Source of the DNA: the human T2T-CHM13v2.0 reference genome, Homo sapiens | Assembly: GCA_009914755.4 (NCBI GenBank) | Contig: CP068257.2 | Span: 31,712,001 to 31,776,000, forward strand | Direction of reading: 5' to 3' | DNA length: 64,000 nucleotides | Shown here: positions 36,984-56,392 of the stretch, piece by piece | Layout of the letters: each line of letters starts with the position of its first letter | Numbering within the stretch: position 1 is the first letter of the stretch | The notes under the pieces: generated by a model | What the model was told of the DNA's origin: nothing | The model's input: the letters and a program-made list of their open reading frames with translations, nothing else | Database searches by the model: none | Made by a program: the position numbers and the translations under genes

Positions 36984-38296
36984 GATCTTTTTAAAAGGTA
37001 ATAAGTTTTTTTCTTATAAATTTGAATGACACTGAAAATATCAACTGCTTTTGGAAGGAAAGAGCTAAAATGCACCCTTTGGATTTAGCCACAAAGAAGC
37101 CACTGGTGCCGTGACAGTGACACTCTCCCTTCGTGTTCAGCGACATCAGCACTGGGCTTCCGGAGGCACCTGGAGGAGGGAGCTTCCTTCCCACCTTGTC
37201 TTCCTCCAGCGCCACTCATCCCATGTAGGGGACAAACAAAACCTTCCAGAGGTGGGCACCGCTCACCTCTCGGTCCCTCATTTTCTCCCAGCAATCACAC
37301 TGTGCTCAACCTGCCCTTTTCCTTATTTACTCTCCTTTCTATCTAGCACAGCCACCTTCTCTACTTTCTCCAATTTGCCAGTTTTTCTGGGATTTTTTTT
37401 TCCATGCTCTTAAAAATTTCCCATCCTCATGGCAGTGACCACAGTCACCGCAGCATTTTGACAGGTATGAAATGAGACTCATAGTTAGCCACTGTGTGCT
37501 CACCTGCTCTGAATATGGTGCCCTGAAAGTCCCTGGACTGTGAGAATTGACAGACACAGATGACCAGTCACCTCTTGACTCACATGAGGTCCAGAAACCC
37601 ATCTGTACAGCTCCCTTCTTGCAAGGGATCTTAACTGGAGGAAGAGAAAACTCAGCCCCTTTTGACGAATGTCTCATGAATGCAGATGCTGGCTGGCGAT
37701 AGAAAGGGTGGCAGAATTTGTAGACTGTAAGAACATTCTCCACCTAATTACCCCTTGGCCCAACCTCTATCATTCACTTGCTTCTCCAGTGCCCAGGAGC
37801 GATGGGACTAAGCAGGCAGTGCTGAAAGAACTGTGGGGACTCTGTCTGAAAGACCTGGCAAAAGAGCCGGAGCAGTCAGCAGCAGTGTCAGCAGCACAGA
37901 GAAGGCATAGCCAACAGCAACATAGCAGAGAAGGCAGGGCACAGCCAACAGTAGGGCTGCTTGCAGCAGGTGCATTTCTGAGGATATGTGTGAGCCCTGC
38001 TTTGCTGCCTAGGCTTCCCATCTGCTCTTCTCTCCCCACCCAGGAGCCCTTTGAAGAAATGGCGGAAGAGAAGGAGCCTTTCAAAAGCCAAAGCCTGGAC
38101 TTCCAGCAACATAGCTAAGGGACAACTGGATTGTTGAGATTTGAGATTCTCTATAAAGGCGATACAGTATACACACACGCTGTGTGGAGCCTGGGACATT
38201 CCAGAGATGTTGGTATATGGCAAAGCAATTTATTTGCATACATTTGACATGTATCCAGTCACTTTCCCAAGCTCATGGATACTGGCAAAGCTGTCT

Positions 38297-38593
38297 TGTT
38301 TATTTGTTTGTTTTGAGACAAAGTCGTGCTCTGTTGCCCAGGCTGGAGTGCAGTAGCACCATCCTGGCTCACTGCAACCTGTGCCTCCCAGATTCAAGCG
38401 ATTTAGAGCCTCAGCCTCCTGAGTAGCTGTAATTACAGGTGCGCCACCACACCCGGCTAGTTTGTGTACTTTTAGTAAAGACGGGGTTCCGCCATATTGG
38501 CCAGGCTGGTCTTGAACTCCTGGCCTCAGGTGACCCTCCCACCTCGGCCTCCCAAAGTGCTGCGATTACAGGCATGAGCCACCATGCCCGGCC
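38297..38593 (-). mobile_element. Alu SINE, antisense, TSD TGGCAAAGCT
   Basis: tttatttgtttgttttGAGACAAAGTCGTGCTCTGTTGCCCAGGCTGGAGTGCAGTAGC...GGCATGAGCCACCATGCCCGGCC; tggcaaagct at 38283 and 38594. Confidence 0.9.
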
Positions 38594-38884
38594 ATGGCAA
38601 AGCTTTTAATTGCATCTAAGTGTTTTAGAACAGTAGTTCTCAAAGTATCCAGAACTCCTTTCAGAGGGGATGCAAGGTCAAAACTGTTTTCATAACCAAC
38701 CAAGAGATGAATTGTCTTTTTCACTATCATTCTTTCAGTGGGATATGCAATGGGATTTTCTAGCGGCTGCATATGTGATATTGCACCCGTGCAGAGCAGA
38801 GCAGATGTAAAAACCCAGCTTCCTTCTATTAGGACAGAAACTAAAGAGATGTTTTAAAATCTCTTTTTAAAGAATAGCAATTTT

Positions 38885-39615
<731 letters not shown>

Positions 39616-39711
39616 TTTGAGCAATTTTATCAAAGAATACTTTTTTGTTTTGGAAAATATATTTTTCATGAAAAATATGTGGTTTCTGTTAACATGTAAT
39701 TGATATGTTAC

Positions 39712-39983
39712 TTTTTTTTTTTTTTTTTGAGATGGAGTCTCACGCTGTCGCCCAGGCTAGAGTGCAAATGGCGTGATCTCGGCTCACTGCAACCTCTGCC
39801 TCCTGGGTTCAAGCAATTATCCTGCCTCCCGGGTTCAAGTGATTCTCCTACCTCAGCCTCCCGAGTAGGTGGGATTACAGGCAGGCACGACCACACCCAA
39901 CTAATTGTTTGTATTTTTAGTAGAAACGGGGTTTCACCACGTTGGCCAGGCTGGTGTCAAACTCCTGACCTCGGGTGATCCAC
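39712..39983 (-). mobile_element. Alu SINE, antisense
   Basis: T20 GAGATGGAGTCTCACGCTGTCGCCCAGGCTAGAGTGCAAATGGCGTGATCTCGGCTCACTGCAACC...GGTGATCCACCTGCCTCGGC. Confidence 0.88.
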
Positions 39984-40360
39984 CTGCCTCGGCTCAGGAC
40001 AAACCACCCAAAATATGGCCATAGGAGATCAGAACATGCCAAAATATACTTCCTTGGCATATTTTGAGCTGGTTATTTTGAGAAACTACAGGCACAGGAA
40101 CAGCTGAAAAGCTGTCCTTTTGTAAAGAAAATTTATATCTACAAAGGAAATCTACATCGGTAAATTGTATCAGGCAGAAGGCCTGGGATATCTCTATTTT
40201 TTTTTAATACCTCTATTAGCTCAGAGACTGTTTCTCTGCAGAGCAGGACAGGGATTGCTCACCAAGCACTTCCTTCCCTTTCCCTGCCATGACTTGCTGT
40301 TGCTTAATCCCCGGAAGCCTCAAGCCTCTACTCCTTTCTGTAGAGCAGAATGCTGTATAA

Positions 40361-40672
40361 GGCCTGACATGGTGGCTCACACCTGTAATCCCAGCACTTT
40401 GTGGGGCAGAGGCAGCTGGATCACTTGAGGTCAGGAGTTTGAGACCAGCCTGGCAAATATGGTGAAACCCTGTCTCTACTAAAAATACAAAAAACAATTA
40501 GCCAGGTGTAGTGGCACATGCCTGTAATCCCAGCTACTCAGGAGGCTGAGACAGGAGAATCACTTGAACCTGGGAGTCACGGGTTGCAGTGAGGAGCCGA
40601 GATCACACCACCACACTCCACCCTGGGTGACAGAGCAAGATTCTGAAACAAAACAAAACAAAAAACCCAAAC
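40361..40672 (+). mobile_element. Alu SINE, full length, 16-bp TSD CAGAAT(G/A)CTGTATAA
   Basis: GGCCTGACATGGTGGCTCACACCTGTAATCCCAGCACTTTGTGGGGCAGAGGCAGCTGGATCACTTGAGGTCAGGAGTTTGAGACCAGCC...gaaacaaaacaaaacaaaaaacccaaa; TSD at 40345-40360 and 40670-40686. Confidence 0.9.
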
Positions 40673-41195
40673 AGAATACTGTATAAACCTCAATCATCTG
40701 GACTTTTTGAGCCTCAGATTTGGTGGGACTTCCATGCGTATACACATAATTAAAATGGTTTTAGTGGAGAGACTGTCATCTGTCCACTGTCAGTTTACTT
40801 CATAGACTCAATTATCAAACCTTCAGAGAGTAGAAAGTTTTACTCTCCACCACACTAGTCTTTAAACATGCGTGGTGTCTCTAACATGCAGCCGAGCTGA
40901 GAACACTGGCTGGGCTATCTTCAGGCCTCCCACGCCCTCCGCTGTGACTCGCTCTGACTCACACAACAGGATGGCAGAGGCTTGGCAAGACAGGAAGCCA
41001 ACGCCTGGGGCAGCAGCCAGGTCTGTGCTCCCGGAAATCCACATTTGGTCAAAGGGGACACTTCGGGGTTGGTCCTCCCTCTGGCTGGGTTGGCCCGATT
41101 TCTTCCTGCCTTGCCCCCATGCTTCAGAGACTCCTCCACACAGAGCTGGTCTTAAAGCATAAACAAAACCCATGGATGATGGGGCCACAGAGATT

Positions 41196-42181
<986 letters not shown>

Positions 42182-42196
42182 TGACATTGAACTTCA

Positions 42197-42651
<455 letters not shown>

Positions 42652-42951
42652 TCAGAGTCTCCGTGGCATCTCGGTAGATTTGCTGATCCCTTTACATAAC
42701 CCAAGTTGAGGCATGCCCTAATTTCACCCACAAATGCTACTAAGCCCAGGCCCTTATCCAGCCAAAACCATCCTGCCAAGCTCCCACCACCACCATCAGC
42801 ATCATTTTCAGGTTGTTGGTCATCACTGGTTGTTGGTCATCACTGGTTGTTGGTCATCTATGTCACCTAACAGGCCACTCATGACGTTAGCCCTTGACTT
42901 CAAAAAGGACCTCAAAGAAAATTCCAGTTTTCACTCCAAAAGGAGAAATCA

Positions 42952-43256
<305 letters not shown>

Positions 43257-43984
43257 ACTGCTGGCAGCCCCTAATCTAGTACTGTCCCGGCTCCACCCAC
43301 CTTCAGATCCAGCCTCCTCCCCTGGCACACGGGAGCCCCCTCCTCTGACTGTGCTGAAAGTGAGGGAAGATCCCCTCTGGGGAGAGAGCTGTAGCCTTGA
43401 CCTCTGCACACCTTACTTATCCAGAGCACGAGGCAGGGCCGCTGACTCATCCTGGTTTACCCTGGGCTTTCCCAGTTTCAGCACTGAAAGTCCCGCATCT
43501 GGAAAAGCCCCTGAGTCGCTGACAAACCAGACAGTCCGGACCATGCAAAGCACAGTGCATGGTGCTTTAGCCACAAAGTTGATTGAAAAGTCAGAGGCAG
43601 TGAGCCACAGGAAGCGCCACGTGACCCAGACTGCGAGGAGGACACAGGAAACCAACCCTCACTGTGTCCTGCTAGGGGGTTAACCCGTCTACAAGCATCA
43701 GGGTTGCCATTTCAGAGATCAGCAAACTGAACAGCAGTCGTGACTTGTCCTCGCCTGCAAGACAAGCGAGTAACAAATCCATGAAGGGAAGGACACGGAA
43801 TTGAGCAAGGGGGCAGGGCCGGATGTCATTTTGGCGTTTTTTTTTCTTTCAGTGATTGAGGTAAAATTCACATAACATAAATTAACCATTTTAAAGTGTA
43901 CGATTCAGAGGCATTTGGTACATTCACACTGTTGTGCAAGCACCACCTGTATCTCGTTCCAAAATATTTTCACTTCCCCAAAAG

Positions 43985-44958
<974 letters not shown>

Positions 44959-45749
44959 TAACTGATCGAGAACTTCTAATTATTCTTCTATGAACCTTAG
45001 AATGTACCAAGAAAATCCATTCCACAGAGTCTTATTTCTGGGCATCCTGTGCATATGAGCTGAGAGGAATCTGTGATTTTTATGCAGCGCTGAATGTCAT
45101 CAAAAGGCTTCGAGGAAGAGTTTCCTGAGTTTCCTTGATGTTCGCGGCGCTTACTGTTACTTTCACACTTAGCTAAGTAACCTTTGATACTGTGTGGTTA
45201 TAACATAATAACCACAGGTCCTTTGTCTTCTCTGTCAAGAGTGAAGAATTCGAAGGACTTTAACCACTGGTAAAAGTGTCTTCTCACATAAACCGCATAG
45301 CAGCAAGCATTACGTGAACCAGCTGGTTATTCTCACTAAATGGGTTAGATACAAGTTACAAGCCGATCGCGAAGCTGCCTAGACTGGATTGAGTGTAGGT
45401 TAGCCAAACGGCATGATTGAGAAGATAAATCTCATCTGTCCACCCTTTTCCCGTTAGTTCCAAGCCAGCCTCGTGGCTGAGCCCAGCTTCCCAAGCCTCT
45501 CTGAAGATGGCGTCAGGCAGTCCAAGCCCGGTTTAGCTAAGAGTGCTTCCAGCCATCCCAGGCTGCAATCACGCCTTCCTTTGCCATCTGGGCTCTCCCC
45601 AGGTTAGTGGAACTGCTTTCTGGAAGGTGAGTCCTGCCCTGTGGAGTGCCTGGAGTAGGGACTGGTCACCAGCATTAAGTGCCCAGGGAGGGAGCACGTA
45701 TACACGAATCAATTTTTAGAAGAGACAATAACCCACTCAAAAAAGGGCA

Positions 45750-46035
45750 ACAGCCAGACTGGTAGCTCATGCCTGTAATTCCAGCATTTGGGAGGCTGAG
45801 GCGGGAGGATGGCTTGAGCCCAGGAGTTTAAGACCGGCCAGGGTAACTTAGTGAGACCCTCGTCTCTCTCTATATATATTTTTAATTAGCTGGGCATGGT
45901 GACCCCTACCTGTAGTCTCAGCTACTTGGGAGCCTGAGGTGGGAGGATGGCTTGACCCTAGGAAGTTGAGGTTGCAGTGAGCTATGATCATGCTGCTGCA
46001 CCCCAAACTGGGCAACAGAACAAGACAAAAAAAAA
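45750..46035 (+). mobile_element. Alu SINE, older/diverged
   Basis: CAGCCAGACTGGTAGCTCATGCCTGTAATTCCAGCATTTGGGAGGCTGAGGCGGGAGGATGGCTTGAGCCCAGGAGTTTAAGACC... Confidence 0.85.
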
Positions 46036-46098
46036 TGGAGTGGGGGAGAAAAGATGTGATAATAGAAAAAGAGATTCAAGTGTTGTTAAACAATGGGT

Positions 46099-46385
46099 GG
46101 CCAGCCGGGCACAGTGGCTCACGCCTATAATCCCAGCACTTTGGGAGGCCGAGGCAGGCAGATCACCTGAGGTCAGCAGTTCGAGACCAGCCTCAACATG
46201 GAGAAACCCCATCTCTACTAAAAAAAAAAAAATACAAAATTAGCCGGGCGTGGTGGTGCATGCCCGTAATCCCAGCTACTCAGAAGGCTGAGGCAGGAGA
46301 ATTGCTTGAACCTGGGAGGCGGAGGTTGCGGTGAGCCGAGATTGCACCATTGCGCTCCAGCGTGAAACTCTGTCTCAAACAACAA
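46099..46385 (+). mobile_element. Alu SINE, full length, TSD AACAATGG(G/A)TGG
   Basis: GGCCAGCCGGGCACAGTGGCTCACGCCTATAATCCCAGCACTTTGGGAGGCCGAGGCAGGCAGATCACCTGAGGTCAGCAGTTCGAGACCAGCC... Confidence 0.9.
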
Positions 46386-46884
46386 TGGATGGCCAACCTC
46401 ATCCACGGTCAAAAAATCCAAATCAAACAACAATGAGATATCCTGGGGGTGGGGGGCAGTTTCATGGACAAATATTACCCCGTTTAATATCCTTGGTACC
46501 AGTGAGGTTGTGGGGAAAGAATGTGCTCACTAGCGGCCCCTGAAGGAGAACTGAGCACCTTTCCTGGCCTTGGGGCCTCCAAACCGGCTTCCTGGATCTT
46601 CCAAGGATTCTGCTACCAGTGACCTTCCATTAATTTGTTTTCTGCTTAAACTAGCTAGGGTGGGTTCTGTTGTTTCCAATTTGGCCTCTAACAGAAGGCC
46701 TCTGAGCTTCAGTTTTCCTCCCAGGTGAGAAGGGGATACTGCTCTCTTCTTTACAAGTGGGTTGAGAGCGTTTCCCGAAATAACATCTCAAGTACAGCTG
46801 TTCACTAGATGGGTGTGTTATCAGCCCCTGTCCACAACCCCTTATCTGGGAACCTCAGGGGCCAGAAATGTTTCATGATTTGGG

Positions 46885-47021
46885 TTTTTTGGTTTGTTTT
46901 TAAGATGGGAGGGGGGATCTCACTATATTGCCCAGGCTGGTCTCAAACTCCTGGCCTCAATAAATCCTCCCTCCCACCTTGGCCTCCCAAAGTGCTGGGA
47001 TTACAGGCGTGAGCACCTAGC
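46885..47021 (-). mobile_element. Alu left-monomer fragment, antisense
   Basis: GATCTCACTATATTGCCCAGGCTGGTCTCAAACTCCTGGCCTCAATAAATCC...GGCGTGAGCACCTAGCC. Confidence 0.8.
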
Positions 47022-47302
47022 CTAATTTGGCGTTTTAGAAAAGCGATATGGTGCAGGTAATATTAGGTAGCACTCTCAGCATGTTGTGGGCAGCACCCTG
47101 TAATCAAACCATTTCTAATTTTCTAGGGAAAGTGTATCCATTTCACATTTAATGGAAGAATTAAGGACTATATCTAGTTTGATATTAATTCAAGTCAGGA
47201 GTTAAGAAAATGTTTGTGATTTTCAGAGCTCTTCGGATTTTGGAGCTGTGAGTTGGAATTTATTTTCCCATAACCTAAATATTTTATTCTGTGATACTTG
47301 AT

Positions 47303-47612
47303 TTTTTTGTTTTGTTTTGTTTTGCTTTGTTTTTGAGATGGAGTCTCACTCTGCTATCCAGGCTGGAGTGCAGTGGTGTGATCTTGGCTCACTGCAAGCT
47401 GAGCCTCCTGGGTTCAACCGATTTTAGAGCCTCAGCCTCCCAAGTAGCTGGGATTACAGGTAGTAGCCACCGTGGCTGGCTACTTTTTGTATTTTTAGTA
47501 GAGACAGGGTTTCACCATGTTGGCCAGGCTGGTTTCAAACTCCTGACCTCAAGTGATCCCACCTCGGCCTCCCAAAATGTTGGGATTACAGGTGTGAGCC
47601 ACCATGCCCAGC
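47303..47612 (-). mobile_element. Alu SINE, antisense, 15-bp TSD TGATACTTG(A/G)TTTTTT
   Basis: tttgttttgttttgttttgctttgtttttGAGATGGAGTCTCACTCTGCTATCCAGGCTGGAGTGCAGTGG...GGTGTGAGCCACCATGCCCAGCC. Confidence 0.9.
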
Positions 47613-47760
47613 CTGATACTTGGTTTTTTAAAAATCCTTCGACACAGGACTGGAGTATGACATCTGCAGCTCTCGTGGGAAGAGCTCTGGCCCCTTGGCT
47701 TATTCTTGCTTCTTAGCAGTCCCAGTGACCTTCAGCCTGAGGCAGGTGAGCCCCAGGTAG

Positions 47761-48178
<418 letters not shown>

Positions 48179-48725
48179 GAATGGGCATCAGTTTTACATA
48201 TGGGTCCTGAACTGATTTCCGTGGGAGGAAATCCCAGAATTCCCAATTCAGATTAAGGGTAGGACATCCCTAGGTTAAAATTCTCTTATTAAGGTTCTCT
48301 AAGAAGTCAGATTTGAGCATACAGATGGACTACTACTGCAGCAATCACTGACTGAGCATTTTACAACCCTATTTTTAAGGTGCCTATGTAGTTTTTCCCT
48401 CTTGTCACAGCTTAATTGAGGTATAACTGGTATCTATTATGCCGTGCATGTTTTAAATATACATTTTGATAAGTTTTTAACATACGTGAAATCATCCCCA
48501 CAATCAAAATCATAAATATCCATTACCCCCAAAATGTCCTCGTTGTACACAGTTTTGAAATAAATGTTGTTGGGATTATAAGAGGAAGTAGGCTGGGCAC
48601 AGTGGCTCATGCCTATAATAGGAAGTGCATCATGTTTTCAGTAATCAAATCTGCCTAATGATCCATCTAGCTTCCTATTTATGCAACACATCTTACTTGT
48701 AGATAATTACCAAATTCTTGAAGGC

Positions 48726-48850
48726 CAGGCTGGGCGGCTCACATTTGTAGTTCTAGCTACCTGGAAGACTAAGGTGGGAGGATTGCTTGAGCTCAGGAGT
48801 TTGAGGCCAGCTTGGGCAACAAAGCAAGACCCCGGTTTTAATTTTTAAAA
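48726..48850 (+). mobile_element. Alu left-monomer fragment (FLAM-like)
   Basis: GGCCAGGCTGGGCGGCTCACATTTGTAGTTCTAGCTACCTGGAAGACTAAGGTGGGAGGATTGCTTGAGCTCAGGAGTTTGAGGCCAGC.. Confidence 0.7.
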
Positions 48851-49007
48851 GAAAGAAAGAATGGAAGGAAGGAAGAAAAGTCCTACAGTAGGTTGAAGTT
48901 GAAGTGTGGCGACAACACTTTGGTCACCGATGTATCTCAAGTGTCTAGAACAATGCCTGGCATCTAAGAAGTGCTTAGTAAATATTTTTTGAGGAATAAA
49001 AAAGTAA

Positions 49008-49641
<634 letters not shown>

Positions 49642-51261
49642 TGAATCTCTTTTTGATACTTGGATAAGTCCAAGCTTCAGCATTAGAATATCATATCTGG
49701 TAGTGTTGCCTTTATTTGAGCCAATGTTTTTTGAGGTGAGGCTGTTTCCTAGGCAATGTGAGTGATGTTCATTTGGAAAACAGGAATGTCCCTGGGTCTT
49801 GAGTAAAGTGGGTTCTGGAGCTTCCTTTGCCTAGATGCCCCTATGCTACCTGGGGGAATGAGTTAGGAGGCATGTATGGATGTGCCCAGGTCCCTGGGTG
49901 TTGGACTGGACTGTGCTGGGAGGAATGGTGCCCTCCCCACTGCGTGAACTGGGAGGCCCAGGCAGGGTGGAGGCTCCCCCAAGCCAGGGGAGGTCATGGG
50001 ACTGTGAGTTGGGGGTGCAGCCCATTGACAGATGAGAAGAAACTGCCACTCAGTGGACACCCCCCAAGTGCCTTGGGGATGTTGAAAAGCTCTGTGGATT
50101 GGTGCTTGTCTAGCACAACCAGAGGAGCCACCCCAGTTCCTGCCAGGGGCTCCCCACCTCCCACACAGAGAGTCCAGCCACCTGGGGATCTACCACTAAT
50201 GCCAGAACAGAGGAAAAGGAGGGGATTTGACAGACTCTCCTACTGCAGACCCCAAGAGAATCGCCTGGGACTGGATGTAATGCAACTTGCAGTCCACTCA
50301 TGGTCCTCTGCATTGCACGATCACCATGGTTCCAGATACTAGATGCTGTGTTCAGTGATTGACCGGGCATTCTCTGTCGCTGCCACTAAAACATAAGCTC
50401 CACAAGCTCAGAGTTTTTATCTGTTGTTCTCAGAACAGTGCCTAGCACAGAGTAGATGCTCAGTAAGTAAATATGTGCTAAATACATGAAAGAAGCGAGG
50501 GAGGGAAGGAGGGAGGAAGGGAGAGAAGGCACCATATTCCAGACCACCGCGTCCTTTCTGAACATGCTCCACCGCCCCTAGGCTGTCTGTGTTCTTGCCC
50601 TCATCCACAAAGGTACCCACATGAATTCGTGTTTGCTTTGCTTGGATCTGTTTTGTATGGATACACTAGAAGTCACACACTATGATGTTTGAGGTTTCCA
50701 AGATAAAAAGAAAGTTCACAGTGACAATAGTTTAAGATTCTGCAAAAGAAAGGACATTACATTAACGATGTATTTAACACTCACAAAATGTAGCATAATC
50801 TCTACATAATGGCTTACGCCCAGTGCCCATGACTGTACTGGGAAGTCACTATACCCGGGAGCTGGCCAAGGAAGGCTGAAGCTTGAGGGCTGCTGACAGT
50901 GAATGTGAGGCATTCGGCATCTCCTCTTATCACTGGTCAAGACGTGTTCAGGGCTTTGCAAAGTCAAGACTGTACCTGTAGAGAATGTCCTGAAACTATA
51001 GGCAACCTGATTTTCATACAATCTGGAAACACAGGAGAAGCAAAAGGTTCCTTCCTCTCCTGTCCTGTGTGTGGTTTCTACACACTTCTCAGAAAGGGTG
51101 AAATAATGCTGCCTTCTGGCCGTTTTGCTGGTGCTTAAAAATTGAGGAGTTTCAGGATATGAATTTTGGCCATTTCTGTATTGTAAGATTATGGAGGAAT
51201 TGTTTTTTCTTCTTTATACTTTTCTGTATTTTATAGTTCCTTGACAATGAACAAGTACTAC

Positions 51262-51925
<664 letters not shown>

Positions 51926-52062
51926 CTTGTGTATTTAAGTTTACAAGTTCCAACTCAATTAAAATTTCATTTTAAGTTAGTCCATATACTAAGGGCCCCC
52001 ACAGAGGTACAAATCCTAACAAAAGCAAAAATAGCCATTGTCCATAGCAGAAGTCAGACTGA

Positions 52063-52419
<357 letters not shown>

Positions 52420-52937
52420 TAGACCACACACCAGCTTGCCCTGGAAGCTTTAGTCCTGGCATGAGCCTCTGCGAGGGGAATGTGTTCCCAGAAAGAACTG
52501 CTTGTGGAGAGGAAGGAGTTAAATAAAGAACCCTGCTGTCCCAGTAACCTCTCCCTCCCTCCTGTAGAACTAACTGTCCACACTGCCCAGGCCAGGTCCC
52601 CACTGTTACCTTTTCACAACCAGAAAATTGTAGTCTTGTCCATAAATGGATTTGGATAGATTATTCAAGAAGCGCAGCAACTCCCTTCCACCCTCACTTG
52701 CCCTGAATCCCAGCCCCGGAAAGCAATTTTAATCTCTCTACCTCCTCCTTAGCTGAAGGCAGGCTTTGCCTAAGCTAATTGAACACTACACTGAATTTAA
52801 CAAGAAAAGGACAAGAACCAGCCCCAGGAAATGTAGCCCTATAAGGGCCACAGGCCGGCAGATTTTGAGAGGAGGGGAATGCTGGCGTGGTGGCAGCCTA
52901 GGGCTGCCAGGCTCTGGGTGTGTGTTGGGAGGGGGGG

Positions 52938-52985
52938 TTGGGGGTGTGTGTGTGTGTGTGTGTGTGTGTATGCACACGCACTCAC
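52938..52985. repeat. (GT)n microsatellite ~15 units with a G-run
   Basis: gggggggttgggggtgtgtgtgtgtgtgtgtgtgtgtgtatgcacacgcac. Confidence 0.9.
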
Positions 52986-53390
52986 GCTGGGCAGGGGTGA
53001 AGGGGACAGGCCAAAATGGAAGTGGGGCAAAGAGTCCAAGGTCCAGACGCTGAGAGCTGCCACCTATCTGTCCAGTGTCATTCTGTGTAGCCCCTATGGT
53101 AGGCTGAATAATGACCCCCAGAGATGTCCACAACCTAACCCCCAACATTTGCGAATATGTTACCTTCCATGATAAAGGGGAGTTGGCAGATGTGACTAAG
53201 CGAAGGGTCTCGAGACGGAAAGATGATCCTAGATTATTGGGTGAGCCCAATGTCATCACAACAGTCCTTGCATGGGGAAGAGGCAGGCAGGAGGGTCCGT
53301 GGAGGAGGGGTGGGGATGGAAGCAGAGATTAGGGTGGTTTGAAGATGGCTTGAAGATGGAAGCAGGGAGCATGAGTTAAGGAATGCAGCC

Positions 53391-54334
<944 letters not shown>

Positions 54335-54822
54335 CCATTTGGGATTTCTGACCTCTAAAACTATAAGAGAATGAATTTTTGTTTTAAGCCACTAAGTTTG
54401 GGGGGATGCATTACCGCAGCCATAGGAAACGAATCCAGCTTCCAAGAACTGGGGGCCCGGCCAGACCTCCATGGGGTGCACTGGCAAAAGAGACTGGCCC
54501 ACCCATCTCTGAGCTGGGCATCCTCAGCCTGGTTCCCTGCATCTTGAGAGTCCTACATGGAAGGGTGAAGTCCCTTAGTGTGGCCCCAGCATTTCAAAAC
54601 CCCTTGGAAGCCACCCATGTGCTCCCAGGCAGGCTTCCTAAGAAAGTGAAAACATCGAGTTTCTTCATTTGTGGCTAGTATTGCACCCCTTCAGTGTGGC
54701 AATGTGGTTCTGTCACCAGAAACGCTGACTGGCAACTTCTGTATGGTTGCAAAACCGGGACTGGATTCACTGAGACTGATTCCTACGGTGTGGTTCTGCT
54801 GTGGCAAGGCAAGCACAGGTGT

Positions 54823-55118
54823 TTTTTTTTTTTTTTTGAAACGGAGTCTTGCTTTGTCGCCCAGGCTGGACTGCAGTGGCGCTATCTCGGCTCACTGCAA
54901 CCTCCGCCTCCCGGGTTCACGCCATTCTCCTGCCTCAGCCTCCTGAGTAGCTGGGACTACAGGCGCCCGCCACCGCGCCCGGCTAATTTTTTGTATTTTT
55001 AGTACAGACGGGGTTTCACCGTGTTAGCCAAGATGGTCTCGATCTCCTGACCTCGTGATCAGCCCGCCTGGGCCTCCCAAAGTGCTGGGATTACAGGCGT
55101 GAGCCACCTTGCCCGGCC
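54823..55118 (-). mobile_element. AluY SINE, antisense, 14-15-bp TSD GCACAGGTGTTTTT
   Basis: T15 GAAACGGAGTCTTGCTTTGTCGCCCAGG...GGTTCACGCCATTCTCCTGCCTCAGCCTCCTGAGTAGCTGGGACTACAGGCGCCCGCCACCGCGCCCGGC...GGCGTGAGCCACCTTGCCCGGCC; TSD at 54808-54822 and 55119-55133. Confidence 0.93.
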
Positions 55119-55261
55119 CAGCACAGGTGTTTTTGAGATAGTGACTGTTGCTATTTCCTTAACAATCTACATAAAATGAGCACCCATCAGGCAGAAGCCG
55201 GTGACATCTTCACTTCTGTTTCTCACATCTCTGTTTTATGGGCTCTTTTAAAAAAATTATG

Positions 55262-55550
55262 TATTTATTTATTTAATTTATGTATTTTGAGACAGAGTCT
55301 CGCTCTGTTGCTCAGGCTGGAGTGCAGTGGCATGATTCTGCAACCTCTGCCTCACGGCTTCAAGCAATCCTCCCACAGCCTCCCGAGTAGCTAGGATTAC
55401 AGGCATGGACCACCACACCCGACTAATTTTTGTACTTTTAATAGAGACAGAGTTTCACCGTGTTAGCCAGCTGGTCTCAAACTCGTGAGATCCACTGCCT
55501 CGGCCCTCCAAAGTGCTGGGATTACAGGTGTGAGCCACTGCGCTCGGCCT
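55262..55550 (-). mobile_element. Alu SINE, antisense, TSD (C)TATGGGCTCTTTT
   Basis: atttatttatttaatttatgtattttGAGACAGAGTCTCGCTCTGTTGCTCAGGCTGGAGTGCAGTGGCATG...GGTGTGAGCCACTGCGCTCGGCC; (CA)9 at 55615-55635 nearby. Confidence 0.9.
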
Positions 55551-56392
55551 ATGGGCTCTTTTTTTACATATTGGCATAGCCAAAGACCAAGCCCTTCCCA
55601 AGACACGTATACACATGCATACACACACACACACACGAGGAAGTCATGCTCTTGAAGGTGAACAAACTCAGAGAATACAAGATTTACAAGAGGTTCAAGT
55701 ACACACTTTCCAAACCCGAAAAGTAACAGTAATCAAATCAAAATACATGTTTGGAAAAAAGATTCAAATGTATTTTTTGAAAGCAAAGAGAGTCACAATA
55801 AACAAGGTAAAGAGTATCTGAAAGGGTATTCATATGTATGTTTGCAAAGAAAGAGAGTAAGAATAACAACTGTTTTTCACTTTCAGAATATGTGACATTA
55901 GATTCTTTGGGTTATATGGAACTGATGTCCCTCATGAAAAATTGTCAAGGAGTTGGGGGTGTGTAGGGAGCTCCAGGTGATTCTTTCAGGTGAAATCGTG
56001 CATGATTCTGGGTCCAGTGAAGGTGTATAGCGGAAGGAGGCTCCCACAGAAGGTGGGGTTGACACAGGCTGGAAAGCATGGCTGCAAGGGAGGTTGGGAA
56101 TTTGAATTTTCTGGAAGCAGTAAATACTCACAAGACTGAAAATCCTCCCAGTACAGCAAGAGCGTTCCAAAGATTCTGGACAGTCAGAAATCAAGATAAA
56201 TGGCCATTACCCTTACCTCATAGATGTGTTATGAGGGTTGGCAGAGCGATATATACAGCACAGGGCAGGAGGTCAATAAATGGTACCTCTTCTTATTAGA
56301 GGATATGGGCATAGCTCCCAGTTTGCCCACAGCCTTGTAGTGACTCATCAGATGCCCCATGGGCCTCCTCCTGGCTGTGGCTTACAGAAGGG

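Noticed and set aside
37085-38230. Cluster of overlapping 100-150 aa ORFs on both strands (e.g. 37669-38118 +, 37339-37743 -) in non-Alu sequence with internal short repeats (CAGAGAAGGCA...GCCAACAG)
   Set aside because: Products are low-complexity. The ORFs overlap in multiple frames. No splice-site or protein-similarity support. It is more likely an unclassified old repeat; left unannotated.
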